Shown: positions 37,177 to 47,638 of the stretch, piece after piece
Layout: every line of letters begins with the position of its first letter
How positions within the stretch are numbered: position 1 is the first letter of the stretch
Assembly (NCBI GenBank): GCA_016292035.1
Contig: JAEEZR010000014.1
Span: 33,171 to 97,170 of the forward strand
DNA from: Bacillales bacterium
Lineage (GTDB): Bacteria; Bacillota_I; Bacilli_A; RF39; UBA660
Reading direction: 5' to 3'
Length of the DNA: 64,000 nt
Program-made: the position numbers and the translations under genes
The notes under the pieces: generated by a model
What the model saw: the letters and a program-made list of their open reading frames with translations, nothing else
What the model was told of the DNA's origin: nothing
Databases searched by the model: none

Positions 37177-38056
37177 CTACTTTCTCAATAAATATTTCAT
37201 TTAATGAAGCATCTTCTAGTTCATATTTAGTTATATTATTTCCTTTAGCTACTTCTTTAAACACTTTTTCATTTACTGATATATCATCTATGTTAATAGT
37301 ATATGTTCCTTTATTTTCTTCTACTTTATTAACACCTTTTATTTTAGATATTTTATCAATATCTATATTACCTTCTACTACTATATTTTTCTTTCTATAG
37401 TCTTCTTTTATTTGTTTTAAGTTACCTTTTAAAACTGTTTTACCTTTAACAAGTATTACTAGAGAATCACAGAAATACTCGACATGATCCATTCTATGAG
37501 AACTAAATATAATAGATGTTCCTTTATTTTTTAGATCCATTATTAATTCTTTGAATAGTTCAATATTAATAGGGTCTAGCCCACTAAATGGTTCATCTAG
37601 TATTAGTAATTTAGGTTCATTAATTATAGACATTATTAATTGAACCTTTTGTTGGTTACCTTTACTTAGTTCTTTTATTTTTTTATTTTTATAATCTTCT
37701 ATTTCTAATTTCTTTAGAAGTTTATCTAGTCTTTTTTCTATTTCTTCATTAGTTAGTCCTTTTAAGCCACCATATAGCTTAGCTTGTTCTAGTACAGTTA
37801 GTTTAGTTAGTAAACTTCTTTCTTCTGTTAGAAATCCTATTTTATCAGTAACTGAGTAATCTATTTTTTTGTCATTGAAAGTAATATTTCCCTTTGTCAT
37901 ATCTAGAAGTCCAGTAATCATTCTAAATGTAGTTGTTTTACCAGCACCATTTACTCCTAGAAGTCCAAATATTTCTCCGTCTTTAACTTCAAAAGATAGA
38001 TCATCAACTGCTTTTAATTTGTCATAATATTTTGTGACGTGATCAACTTTTAGCAC
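37157..38056 (-). CDS. ABC transporter ATP-binding protein (NatA-like)
   Basis: [29 protein letters not shown]. Confidence 0.88.
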
Positions 38057-38115
38057 TTTTTTGCCTCCTTATTTATATATATTATATTATCATAAAATAT
38101 AAATAAAAACCATGA

Positions 38116-38292
38116 TTATTCTATATAAATTATCATGGCACTGAAACAATATATTTGTTCATCTGAAAATATACATGTACTTACTTCATATTTAATATCT
38201 ACTATATCTTTATCTTTTATAGTTAATAAAAATTCATTTACTTTGTTTTCTAGTAGTTTTTCATGTGACTCATCAAAAACTTTTACTTTCAT
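38116..38292 (-). CDS. small Cse60-like protein (58 aa)
   Basis: Below the ORF-track size cutoff. ATG 38292 follows AAGGTGA. MKVKVFDESHEKLLENKVNEFLLTIKDKDIVDIKYEVSTCIFSDEQIYCFSAMIIYIE resembles, from memory, the Cse60/YteV pattern (VK.FDE.HEKDLE..VN.FL......I..I.Y.V). Confidence 0.55.
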   Translation of the reverse strand: MKVKVFDESHEKLLENKVNEFLLTIKDKDIVDIKYEVSTCIFSDEQIYCFSAMIIYIE

Positions 38293-38323
38293 ATAATCAC
38301 CTTAGTAAATTATATTACTAATA

Positions 38324-38773
38324 TTATTCGATATATGTCGGATTATCTATAATATAATAACATTTGTAGGTTTTATTATCACTTTTATAACTTAAATATA
38401 ATCTATATTTACTGTCTTTTTTATATGTATAACCTGATAGTTTGATTCCCTTTTCTTTTGTTTCTTCATTTAAAGATACTTTATTATCAAATATACCAAT
38501 TGATGGATATATATCTTCCTTTTCACTAGATATTAGTAGAGCTTCTACTTCATTAATAGGATAATCTGGTTTGTTAATAAGGGCTCTATAGTTATATATA
38601 TTGTTAGTTAAATACTCTACTTCTACTTTTACTTCTAAATCATCGCATGTAAAAGAAGTAATTCTATTATTTAGAATGTCTATTAATTCTCTGTATTTTT
38701 TTAATTCTTTACTCTCACTAAACTGGCATGCAGTTAGTAGTAATATAGTTGTTAATAATAATAATTTCTTCAT
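38324..38773 (-). CDS. lipoprotein, unknown function
   Basis: Lipobox LLLTAC at residues 12-17. Confidence 0.7.
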   Translation of the reverse strand: MKKLLLLTTILLLTACQFSESKELKKYRELIDILNNRITSFTCDDLEVKVEVEYLTNNIYNYRALINKPDYPINEVEALLISSEKEDIYPSIGIFDNKVSLNEETKEKGIKLSGYTYKKDSKYRLYLSYKSDNKTYKCYYIIDNPTYIE

Positions 38774-38849
38774 AATTTTATTTTAACAAAATTACATATT
38801 TCTTTCAACTTTCTTAAATGGTATAATCTATATATAATAGGAGGAGTAT

Positions 38850-40070
38850 ATGAAGAAGTGGATTATTATAACTATATCTTTATTAGTTGTTATAGCAGCT
38901 GGTATTGCTAGTTATTTTTTGTTTTTTAATAAAAAAGAGGAAACATTACCTATTGTTAAAGAAATTAAGCCTATTAATGAGCTTAGTATAGTTTTGAAGG
39001 AAAACTTAGATACACCTTTTTTAAGTAAAGTAAAGGTTTCTGATTTTATAGAGAGCTCTAACTACGAAGTGGTTGATGACTATGATATTGAAACTAACAG
39101 TATTGGTGAAAAGGAAATAGAGTTTAATTTAAAGGAAAATGAAAGTGGATACACAATTGACTATAAGTTTACTATTAACATAAAAGATGTTAATCCTCCT
39201 ACTGTATGGCTTAGTTCTAGTAAGAGTATTAATCAGTATTTTGATGGAGATTTAGCTAAATCAATTATGTGTATAGATGATTATGACAGTAATCCTGTAT
39301 GCACTATTGAAGGATACTATAATACTAATGTTGTTGGTACTTATCCGCTTGTTTATAAAGCAACTGATAGTAGTGGTAATACTGAAACAATTAATTTTAA
39401 TTTATATGTTACTAATAGTAGTAGTACTCCTTATACAGGAGAGCCTGTTAGATTTGCTGATGCTTATAATATGTATAAAAATGAAAATACTATGCTAGGA
39501 CTTGATATATCTTCTTGGCAAGAAGATATTGATTTTGAAGCAGTTAAAAATGCTGGAGTTGAATTCGTTATGATCAGAGTTGGATCAGAAGACAGAAATG
39601 GTAGATTCATAGATAAATGGTTTGAAAGATATTATGAAGGGGCTAAAAAGGCTGGTCTTAAAGTAGGAGCATATTATTATTCTTATGCAGAAAATGAAGA
39701 GTATGCACTAGAGGATGCTAAATACGTAATAAATGCATTAAATGGTAGAAGTCTTGATTTACCAGTTGCATTTGACTTTGAAGAATGGGGAAGAGTTAAC
39801 GGTTTTCATTTAAGTAAATATAGACTTACTATGATGGCTAAAATATTCTTAGATGAGATGAAAAAGAATGGATATGAGGGAATGAACTATAGCTCTAAAG
39901 CATTTTTAGAGGAAGTATGGTTAGATACTACTTACCCTACTTGGCTTGCTCACTACATAGATAAAACTAGTTATACTGGGGAATATAAAATGTGGCAATT
40001 TTCAAGCATGGTTAGTATAAGTGGTGTTAGTGGAAGAGTTGATTGTAACGTACTTTATTTAGATAGATAA
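38850..40070 (+). CDS. membrane-anchored GH25 muramidase with an Ig-like (DUF5011-type) domain
   Basis: N-terminal TM. DVNPPTV...VGTYPLVYKATDSSGN (Ig-like). GLDISSWQEDIDFEAVKNAGVEFVMIRVG (GH25). Confidence 0.8.
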   Translation: MKKWIIITISLLVVIAAGIASYFLFFNKKEETLPIVKEIKPINELSIVLKENLDTPFLSKVKVSDFIESSNYEVVDDYDIETNSIGEKEIEFNLKENESGYTIDYKFTINIKDVNPPTVWLSSSKSINQYFDGDLAKSIMCIDDYDSNPVCTIEGYYNTNVVGTYPLVYKATDSSGNTETINFNLYVTNSSSTPYTGEPVRFADAYNMYKNENTMLGLDISSWQEDIDFEAVKNAGVEFVMIRVGSEDRNGRFIDKWFERYYEGAKKAGLKVGAYYYSYAENEEYALEDAKYVINALNGRSLDLPVAFDFEEWGRVNGFHLSKYRLTMMAKIFLDEMKKNGYEGMNYSSKAFLEEVWLDTTYPTWLAHYIDKTSYTGEYKMWQFSSMVSISGVSGRVDCNVLYLDR

Positions 40071-40072
40071 AA

Positions 40073-40092
40073 AAAGAACCAAATGGTTCTTT
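40073..40092. terminator. bidirectional terminator between convergent genes
   Basis: Stem aaagaacc / ggttcttt flanked by A and T runs. Confidence 0.7.
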
Positions 40093-41489
40093 TATTTTTT
40101 GTTTATGTTTTTAGATATATCTCTTGCGGCTATTAGACCAGTTGCAGCGGCAGCTACTATGTTACCAGCTTTTCCTGCTCCATCACCTATAAAGTATATA
40201 TTTTCATTTTCTATTTTCATATTATTATCTGTAGTTATTTCATTAGAAAAGAATTTTATTTCTGGTCCATATAGAAGTGTTTCATCATTATTAACTCCTG
40301 GGATTATTTTATCCAGTTTTTCTAGTCCTTCTATTATGTTTAGTATTATTCTGTGAGGAAGTACTAGTGCTAGATCTCCTGCTACACAGTCTTTTAGTGT
40401 AGGTTCTATAAATCCTTTGTTAATTCTATGCCATTCACTTCTTCTTCCATTTCTTAAATCTTTAAGTGATTGTATGATAGGTTTTCCTGCACCTAGAACA
40501 TTTGCTATTCTAGCAATGCTTTCTCCATACTCTCTTGTATTTGTTGTTGGATGAGTTAAGTTAACTTTAGAAATAAATGCAAAGTTACTATTGTTTGATT
40601 TTATTTCTTTTAGTGAGTGACCATTAACACATATATATCCTTCATAGTTTTCTTTTGTTACAAATCCTCCAGGATTAGTGCAGAATGTTCTTATTTCATC
40701 TGCATATGTGTCTGTTTTTATAAATATAGTTGGGTCATATATTACGTTTGTTAATTCTTCTAATATTTCTTTTCTTACTTCTACTCTTACACCTATTTCA
40801 ATAGACTGAGAAGTGTATTCAATATTATATTTGTCTGCTAGTTCTTGTACCCATTTAGCACCTGTTCTTCCTGGAGCTACTACGATATATTTACCTGTTA
40901 TAGTCTCTTCTTTAGATCCTTTTTTATATACTACATTATAGTTTTTCTTTTCTTTTACTATATCTAAAACATCACATCTTTCAAATATATCTACTCCCAT
41001 TTTTTCTAAATAGTTAGTAAAGTCTTCTATATATTTTGGAAGATGATCACTTCCTAGATGTTTTTGTTTTATTATAAGTAAGCTAGCACCTGTTTTAGCA
41101 ACACGTGATTGAACTTCTTTAGCTTCGTCCATGTTAGTTGGATATACTTTGCTATCCATACCAAATTTATTAAATATTATTTCTGTATCATCTATTAGTT
41201 TTTCTGCTTCACTTCTTCCCATATATTTATATAGATCAGATTTACCTAGTTTAGGGATGAAGTTTAGTTTTCCGTCTGAAAACGTTCCTGCTCCTCCATA
41301 TCCTGAAAGTATTCCGCATGGATTACAGTTTTGACAGGCAATACCCATTTTATTCATTGGACATACTCTGTTTTCAGCTTTAGCGCCTTTATCTAAAAGG
41401 GCTATTTTAATTTTTTTATTCTTTTCTAAAAGTTCATAAGCAGCGAATAGTCCTGCTGGACCTGCTCCAATTATAACTACATCATACAT
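40092..41489 (-). CDS. NAD(P)/FAD-dependent oxidoreductase (uncharacterised FAD-dependent dehydrogenase type)
   Basis: N-terminal dinucleotide fold VVIIGAGPAGLFAA and C-terminal GDGAGKAGNIVAAAATG. Confidence 0.8.
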   Translation of the reverse strand: MYDVVIIGAGPAGLFAAYELLEKNKKIKIALLDKGAKAENRVCPMNKMGIACQNCNPCGILSGYGGAGTFSDGKLNFIPKLGKSDLYKYMGRSEAEKLIDDTEIIFNKFGMDSKVYPTNMDEAKEVQSRVAKTGASLLIIKQKHLGSDHLPKYIEDFTNYLEKMGVDIFERCDVLDIVKEKKNYNVVYKKGSKEETITGKYIVVAPGRTGAKWVQELADKYNIEYTSQSIEIGVRVEVRKEILEELTNVIYDPTIFIKTDTYADEIRTFCTNPGGFVTKENYEGYICVNGHSLKEIKSNNSNFAFISKVNLTHPTTNTREYGESIARIANVLGAGKPIIQSLKDLRNGRRSEWHRINKGFIEPTLKDCVAGDLALVLPHRIILNIIEGLEKLDKIIPGVNNDETLLYGPEIKFFSNEITTDNNMKIENENIYFIGDGAGKAGNIVAAAATGLIAARDISKNINKK

Positions 41490-41497
41490 ATTTTTAC

Positions 41498-43915
41498 CTA
41501 CCTTACTACTATATTTACTATTTTTCCTGGGATAACTATTTCTTTTACTATTTCTACTCCTTCTAAGTATTTAGATACATTTTCATTTTGTTTTGCTGTT
41601 TTTAATAACTCATCCTTATCCATATCTTTAGGAGCAGATATTGTACCTCTTAATTTACCATTTATTTGAATACCGATAGTTACTTCATCATCTACTAATT
41701 TAGAAGAATCATATGTTGGCCATTTTTCATAAGCTATTGTATTGTTGTGACCAAATTTTTCTTTCCATATTTCTTCAGTTATATGAGGGCAAAGTGGATT
41801 TAATAGTTTTATAAATCCTTCTGCATATTCTTTTGGAAGAGTTTCTTCTTTAGATACACTGTTCATAAATATCATCATTTGTGAAATAGCAGTGTTGATA
41901 TTTAATGATTCATAGTCTTCAGTTACTTTTTTAACTGTTTGATTATATACTTTATCAAGATTTTTGTTTTCTGTGTCTTTTATTTTATCTTCTTCCATGA
42001 ATAGGCGGTATACTCTGTCTAGGAATTTTTTAGCGCCTACTACTCCATCATTATTCCATGGTTTATCTGCTTCAAGAGGCCCCATGAACATTTCATAAAG
42101 TCTTAATGTATCAGCACCATATTCTTTTACTATGTCACTAGGGTTTACTACAAATTCTGGAAAACGTTTACCCATTTTAATACCATTCGATCCAAGTATC
42201 ATTCCTTGATGTACTAGTTTTTTAAATGGCTCTTTTGTGCTTACTAAATCTTTATAGTAAAGGTATTGGTTCCACATTCTTGAGTATAATAAGTGGCCTA
42301 CTGCGTGCTCTGGGCCTCCAACATAAAGGTCTACTGGCATCCAGTGGTCAAGTAATTTTCTGTCTGCAAATTCCTTATCATTATGTGGATCAATATATCT
42401 TAAGAAGTACCAAGAGGATCCTGCACTACCTGGCATTGTTGATGTTTCTCTTTTTCCTTTTATACCATTTACTGTTACGTTTACCCATTCTTCATCGTTT
42501 TCTAGAGGTGCTTTTCCACCTTTTGACTTGTAGTCTTTAAGTTCTGGAAGCACAAGTGGAAGTTCTTCATCAGAAAGAGCAATGCTTTCTCCATTTTCTA
42601 GGTGAATAATAGGTACTGGTTCTCCCCAATATCTTTGACGAGCAAATATCCATTCTCTTAATCTATAGTTTGTTTTTTCTTCTCCTACTCCTAGTTTTAC
42701 TAATTTTTCTGTTATTGCTTTTTTAGCTTCTTCTACAGTTAATCCTGTAAATTCTTCAGAGTTAACAAGTTTGCATCCTTTTCCTAAGTAGTCTTGTTTT
42801 TCGAAAGCACATTTACTAGTGTCTCCGCCTTCGATTACTTCTATCATAGGAATGTTGTATTTCTCTGCAAACTCAAAATCTCTTTGGTCATGTGTAGGAA
42901 CTGCCATTACAGCGCCTGTTCCGTAACTAGCTAGTACGAAGTCACCAAGGAATATAGGTACTTCTTTGTTATTAACTGGGTTAATTGCTTTTATTCCTTT
43001 AAGTTCTATACCATTTTTATCTTTATTAAGTTCTGTTCTATCTAGATCAGACTTTTTAGATGCTTCTTCTACATATTTTTTTACTTCATCATAGTTTTCT
43101 ATTCTGTTCTTTAATTCTTCTACAAGAGGATTTTCAGGCGCTAGTACCATGAAAGTTATTCCATAAATTGTTTCGATACATGTTGTATAAATCTTAAAGC
43201 TTCCTCCACCTACTATATCAAATTTTACTTCTACACCTGTTGATTTACCTATCCAGTTTCTTTGTATTTCTTTTGTTGATTCTGGCCAATCTAGTTCGTT
43301 TAATCCATCTAGTAAACTTTCTGCGAATCTTGGTATATCTATTACCCATTGTTTCATATTCTTTCTTATTACTGGGTATCCACCACGTTCACTTTTACCA
43401 TCTATTACTTCATCATTTGATAGAACTGTTCCAAGTTCTTCACACCAGTTAACCGGCATATCAATGTATTTAGCATATCCGTCTTCATATAATCTTTTAA
43501 ATATCCACTGTGTCCATTTATAGTATGATGGATCAGAAGTTGATATTTCTCTATCCCAGTCATATGAAAAACCTAGACTCTTTAGCTGTGTTCTAAATGT
43601 TTTTATATTTTCATTAGTAAATATAGCTGGATGATTCCCTGTTTGAATAGCGTATTGCTCTGCTGGAAGTCCAAAGCTATCATATCCCATTGGGTGAAGT
43701 ACATTATACCCCATCATTCTTTTCATTCTACAAACAACATCTGTTGCTGTGTATCCTTCTGGGTGACCAGCATGAAGTCCTACTCCGCTAGGATATGGAA
43801 ACATATCAAGAGCATAGTATTTAGGTTTACTAAAGTCCCATTCATCTGTTTTAAATGTTTTATTTTCTTCCCAATAATCTTGCCATTTCTTTTCTATTTC
43901 GTTAAAGTTATACAT
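41498..43915 (-). CDS. leuS: leucine--tRNA ligase
   Basis: Full-length class I LeuS: [16 protein letters not shown] (HIGH variant), [15 protein letters not shown]1 editing domain. The KMSKS position reads KMGKR. Confidence 0.95.
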   Translation of the reverse strand: MYNFNEIEKKWQDYWEENKTFKTDEWDFSKPKYYALDMFPYPSGVGLHAGHPEGYTATDVVCRMKRMMGYNVLHPMGYDSFGLPAEQYAIQTGNHPAIFTNENIKTFRTQLKSLGFSYDWDREISTSDPSYYKWTQWIFKRLYEDGYAKYIDMPVNWCEELGTVLSNDEVIDGKSERGGYPVIRKNMKQWVIDIPRFAESLLDGLNELDWPESTKEIQRNWIGKSTGVEVKFDIVGGGSFKIYTTCIETIYGITFMVLAPENPLVEELKNRIENYDEVKKYVEEASKKSDLDRTELNKDKNGIELKGIKAINPVNNKEVPIFLGDFVLASYGTGAVMAVPTHDQRDFEFAEKYNIPMIEVIEGGDTSKCAFEKQDYLGKGCKLVNSEEFTGLTVEEAKKAITEKLVKLGVGEEKTNYRLREWIFARQRYWGEPVPIIHLENGESIALSDEELPLVLPELKDYKSKGGKAPLENDEEWVNVTVNGIKGKRETSTMPGSAGSSWYFLRYIDPHNDKEFADRKLLDHWMPVDLYVGGPEHAVGHLLYSRMWNQYLYYKDLVSTKEPFKKLVHQGMILGSNGIKMGKRFPEFVVNPSDIVKEYGADTLRLYEMFMGPLEADKPWNNDGVVGAKKFLDRVYRLFMEEDKIKDTENKNLDKVYNQTVKKVTEDYESLNINTAISQMMIFMNSVSKEETLPKEYAEGFIKLLNPLCPHITEEIWKEKFGHNNTIAYEKWPTYDSSKLVDDEVTIGIQINGKLRGTISAPKDMDKDELLKTAKQNENVSKYLEGVEIVKEIVIPGKIVNIVVR

Positions 43916-44258
43916 TTTTATCTTCTCCTTTTTTAAGTATTCTACCTATTATTTCATATATTGCATATATGAGGAATATCATTATTACAAATCCAATCAT
44001 TACTCCAAGCATGAATGATTTAATGTTTATAATTATTATAAATGCCACTGATATTATGAGTGGATTTACAAAGTTAAGTATCCATTTTAATTTCTTATCT
44101 AATTCTTTACTTTTTTTCAGTTTAAATTTTTCTATGATATACATTCTTTCTGTTAATTCTTTTTTATGCTTTTTCTTATTTAATATAAAAGCATATACTA
44201 TAAAAGATAATATATAAGCACCTAGAAAGTATAATGCCATTTCTAAATAATAGTTCAT
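43908..44258 (-). CDS. small membrane protein (3 TM) co-transcribed with leuS
   Basis: 116 aa. GGAGGAAAT RBS. 8-nt overlap with the leuS start. Sits between the T-box leader and leuS. Confidence 0.6.
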   Translation of the reverse strand: MNYYLEMALYFLGAYILSFIVYAFILNKKKHKKELTERMYIIEKFKLKKSKELDKKLKWILNFVNPLIISVAFIIIINIKSFMLGVMIGFVIMIFLIYAIYEIIGRILKKGEDKNV

Positions 44259-44264
44259 ATTTCC

Positions 44265-44445
44265 TCCTTAAAAATAAAAACTTTATGATTTAAGGACTAC
44301 TTTAGTAGCGGTACCACCTTAATTCATAAAGTTAATTATGCATCTTTATAGTCTATAACGTAACTACACGAATGTTTCTCATAAAAGCAAGTTCATAATT
44401 ATTTTTAATTAACTTACACCAAGCGTTAACTCTCTTTATAAAAAT
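44265..44445 (-). promoter_or_regulatory. T-box leader, probable Leu (CUU) specifier
   Basis: Minus strand: AAAGAGAGTT (AG box, about 44438-44429), distal-loop-like GCTTGGTGTAAG, GAA-CTT-G (specifier 44391-44389), and T-box AATTAAGGTGGTACCGC (core 44318-44308). T runs precede the RBS. Confidence 0.75.
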
Positions 44446-44492
44446 AAGTTACTACTACTCTTTTTGTCAACGAAACTTACAAAATGATTATA

Positions 44493-46898
44493 TTAAATTT
44501 CGTTAATATATTCAAGTAATTTTAGGAACATTCTTATAAATATTCTCTTTAATCCGCTTGTTCTTAGTTTTCTTATTTCTATACGTTTTCTTCTTACTGG
44601 TTTATCACTAAATAAACATTGTGATACTTTTTCTTTTAAATCAGTAGGAAGTGATATATCATTTAGTATTTCTTCTATTTCTTCATTAATTAATCTAACT
44701 GCATCTATTTCAATGGCTTTACCACCACAGTTAATAGTTAACTGTTGACTTGTCGGTACATTTTCTACTTCTATATAGAAGTCATTTCCATCTACATAAA
44801 CACTGTGTTCAACACTCATACTTCCAACATTTACTTTAACGCTTTCGGCAAGACGTGTGTTTCTAAATTTAATTTTATAATCTCTATATTCAGGAATTAT
44901 ACTTGTTTTTCCTTCAACTGGCCTTATTATTAGGGTATAGTTATTAGGCATATAGTTATAATCTATATTTGTTACTATATAGTATCCTTCTTTATATAGA
45001 TTAGTTACACCATCATCTTCATATAAATTGAATGTATTAGATTCTCCTGGGAATACTTGTATTTCAAGTTTCTTTGGTGGTTTTGTACTGTTTAGGTTAG
45101 TATCATCTAATACTGCTAATGGAATAATTGCTCCACTTTTAGCATATACTGGATAGTCTTCATCTTTGTAGAATGTAACATATCTCTTTCCACCTGGGAA
45201 TTTCTTTCCTGTTTTAAAGTCATACCATGTTCCTTCTGGAATAAATACTCTTTTTACTACCCTGTTCATTATGCTATCTTTGGATTCAGTAATTGGGCAT
45301 ACTAGAAGTTCATCTCCAAAATAGTATTCACTTATATAAAGGGGTTCATCATATATTTCTTTATAAGCGTGATATACTGGTCTTATTAGAGGCTTTCCTT
45401 CATTAGTATATCTATAAGCTCCACTATATATGTATGGAATAAGTTTACTTCTTAGTCTTATATAGTCTCTTACAATACTTTTAGTTTTAATATCCCATTG
45501 CCATGGTTCACGTTTATAAAACTTTCCTTCTTTAGAAGCAAATCTAAATATAGGACTATATGTTCCTAGTTGTACATATCTTGTATATAATTCTGTATCT
45601 TCAGTTCCTTCTTTATATCCACCTATATCATGTGACCAGTAAGATAGTCCAATGTTTGATGATGTTAAGTTATAAAATGGTAAGTATTTTAATGTATCCC
45701 AAGACACTATTGTTTTACCACTATAACTTACTGGATATCTATGGGCAGCTATATTAGGGTTTCTAGATAATATATATCCTCTTCTTTTTTCACTTTTTAG
45801 AGAGTTTGTATATATATAGTGCATAAACATAAATTCTAGTGTTTTATCATCAAATATATCATCTAGCCAGAAATAGTCTATTCCTAAATCATTTAAATGA
45901 TTTAGAATATTTATAAACAATGATAATACTTTTGTGTTGTATATATTAAGTGGTATTTGTCCATCTTTAGTTAAATTTAGCATTTGTTTGAATTCGTTAT
46001 AATTAAAGTCAGCTGGCAACACTCCCAGTGTTGGTTTTAGCTCTAATCCGAAGAATACATCTTTACTGTGATAGTAATTAATTGAATTAGTTATATTAGG
46101 AAACTTTTCCTTACTTATTTCAAAGTTTGATATTATTTTATTATTTTGATCAACTTGTCTATATTTGTCACCTAATAATATAGAGCTTATTGGCATTTGT
46201 TCTTTTTTAAAATTACTTATTATATTATCTATATCTTCTGAGTTATAATCTTCATTTTTATTCCAGCATACTCCAAATGCAAATCTAGGTGGTAAAGCTG
46301 GATATCCAGTTAATTCAAAATAACTATTTAGTGCTTTTTGAAAATTATCTTTATATACAAATAAATATACATCTATACCATTAGATGGATTCTTTTTTAC
46401 TGTTCCATCACTAACAAATACTGGCCTTAGTGAGTCATCAAAACTAGCAAATCCATCAGTATTATATAGTCCTTTTGATAGATTATGATTCTTAGAATCA
46501 TCAAATCTTTCAGGAGCCCCTTTAAAGTTTCTAACTTCTGGATTATTAAAGAACCATATTTTATCTGTGTCTTTAACACTTACCCTTAAATTAGAGTCAG
46601 GTGTTAATTTAGAAGATTCAAACGGTTTTCCTTTTACATATTCTAAAACGAAGTAATCGTTTGATATATTTAAGAATTTTTTATCTTCTTTTACTGTGTA
46701 TATTGGTGAAACTTTAAAGTTTCTATTGATAGCAAATAAAGTTGGGTAGTCATTAAATATACCTTCTTCATTATACTCGAGTCTTATTAAGACATCAGAA
46801 AGAACGGTGATTCTATACTTATCACCTTTAAAGATGTGTTCATCTTTTGCCTTAGCTTTTTGAACATTTATTTTAAAGTAATCATAAAGTTCATTCAT
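44493..46898 (-). CDS. glycoside hydrolase family 31 (alpha-glucosidase/alpha-xylosidase type)
   Basis: YFWLDD nucleophile region and WSHDIGGY. 801 aa, no signal peptide. Confidence 0.8.
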   Translation of the reverse strand: MNELYDYFKINVQKAKAKDEHIFKGDKYRITVLSDVLIRLEYNEEGIFNDYPTLFAINRNFKVSPIYTVKEDKKFLNISNDYFVLEYVKGKPFESSKLTPDSNLRVSVKDTDKIWFFNNPEVRNFKGAPERFDDSKNHNLSKGLYNTDGFASFDDSLRPVFVSDGTVKKNPSNGIDVYLFVYKDNFQKALNSYFELTGYPALPPRFAFGVCWNKNEDYNSEDIDNIISNFKKEQMPISSILLGDKYRQVDQNNKIISNFEISKEKFPNITNSINYYHSKDVFFGLELKPTLGVLPADFNYNEFKQMLNLTKDGQIPLNIYNTKVLSLFINILNHLNDLGIDYFWLDDIFDDKTLEFMFMHYIYTNSLKSEKRRGYILSRNPNIAAHRYPVSYSGKTIVSWDTLKYLPFYNLTSSNIGLSYWSHDIGGYKEGTEDTELYTRYVQLGTYSPIFRFASKEGKFYKREPWQWDIKTKSIVRDYIRLRSKLIPYIYSGAYRYTNEGKPLIRPVYHAYKEIYDEPLYISEYYFGDELLVCPITESKDSIMNRVVKRVFIPEGTWYDFKTGKKFPGGKRYVTFYKDEDYPVYAKSGAIIPLAVLDDTNLNSTKPPKKLEIQVFPGESNTFNLYEDDGVTNLYKEGYYIVTNIDYNYMPNNYTLIIRPVEGKTSIIPEYRDYKIKFRNTRLAESVKVNVGSMSVEHSVYVDGNDFYIEVENVPTSQQLTINCGGKAIEIDAVRLINEEIEEILNDISLPTDLKEKVSQCLFSDKPVRRKRIEIRKLRTSGLKRIFIRMFLKLLEYINEI

Positions 46899-46957
46899 AG
46901 TTAAGCCCCTTTACTCTTATATATATAATAACATATTAAGTGTTTTTTATCAATTTA

Positions 46958-47626
46958 TTAGCTTTCTTTTTTTCGCTTATTTTTTGCCTTAGAGCTTGGC
47001 TTAAATTCAGGGAAAGCTCTTACTATTCTTCTTGTTAGTATACCTTTATTTTCTAGTACTTCTTTTACTTTTTTATTTAATTCTTCAGTTGAATCTTTTA
47101 AAAGCTCTAGTCCAGCTCCTTTAAAACCATAAATAATTATTGTACTTATAGTTAAATCTGCTAAAAAACATATAAGTAATATTGATAATACTACTTTAAG
47201 TACTAAAGGATTTATCTTATATAATACTCCTATTATTGCGGGATTTATGTAATATATAAATAATATTCCAATAAAACCAAATGCTATCATGTTGCTTAAG
47301 CATACTCTTCCATTTACATTAAATAGTTTATTAGAGTAATCCCACCATCGTGTTTTAAATAGTTTTTCCATTATAAAACTTGTTAGATACTCTAGTACAC
47401 TACATATTACTACTGCCATACAAAATAGTACTATTGGGTCTTCTTTATACTTTGTTAGAAGAAGTGTTATTAATATTCCTCCTGTTCCATATATTGGAAG
47501 AATAGGCCCTATTAAAAAACCACGGTTAACAAACTTTTTATAAAGTGGAAGAGTGTGCAACTCTTCCATTATCCATCCAAAGAATGAAAATATAAAGAAT
47601 AGGGCTAAGTATATAAATAATTTCAT
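46958..47626 (-). CDS. polytopic membrane protein (DUF1113 / putative ABC-transporter type IV family)
   Basis: FFGWIMEE ... NRGFLIGPILPIYGTGG pattern. K-rich tail. Confidence 0.65.
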   Translation of the reverse strand: MKLFIYLALFFIFSFFGWIMEELHTLPLYKKFVNRGFLIGPILPIYGTGGILITLLLTKYKEDPIVLFCMAVVICSVLEYLTSFIMEKLFKTRWWDYSNKLFNVNGRVCLSNMIAFGFIGILFIYYINPAIIGVLYKINPLVLKVVLSILLICFLADLTISTIIIYGFKGAGLELLKDSTEELNKKVKEVLENKGILTRRIVRAFPEFKPSSKAKNKRKKES

Positions 47627-47638
47627 ATTACCTCATTT

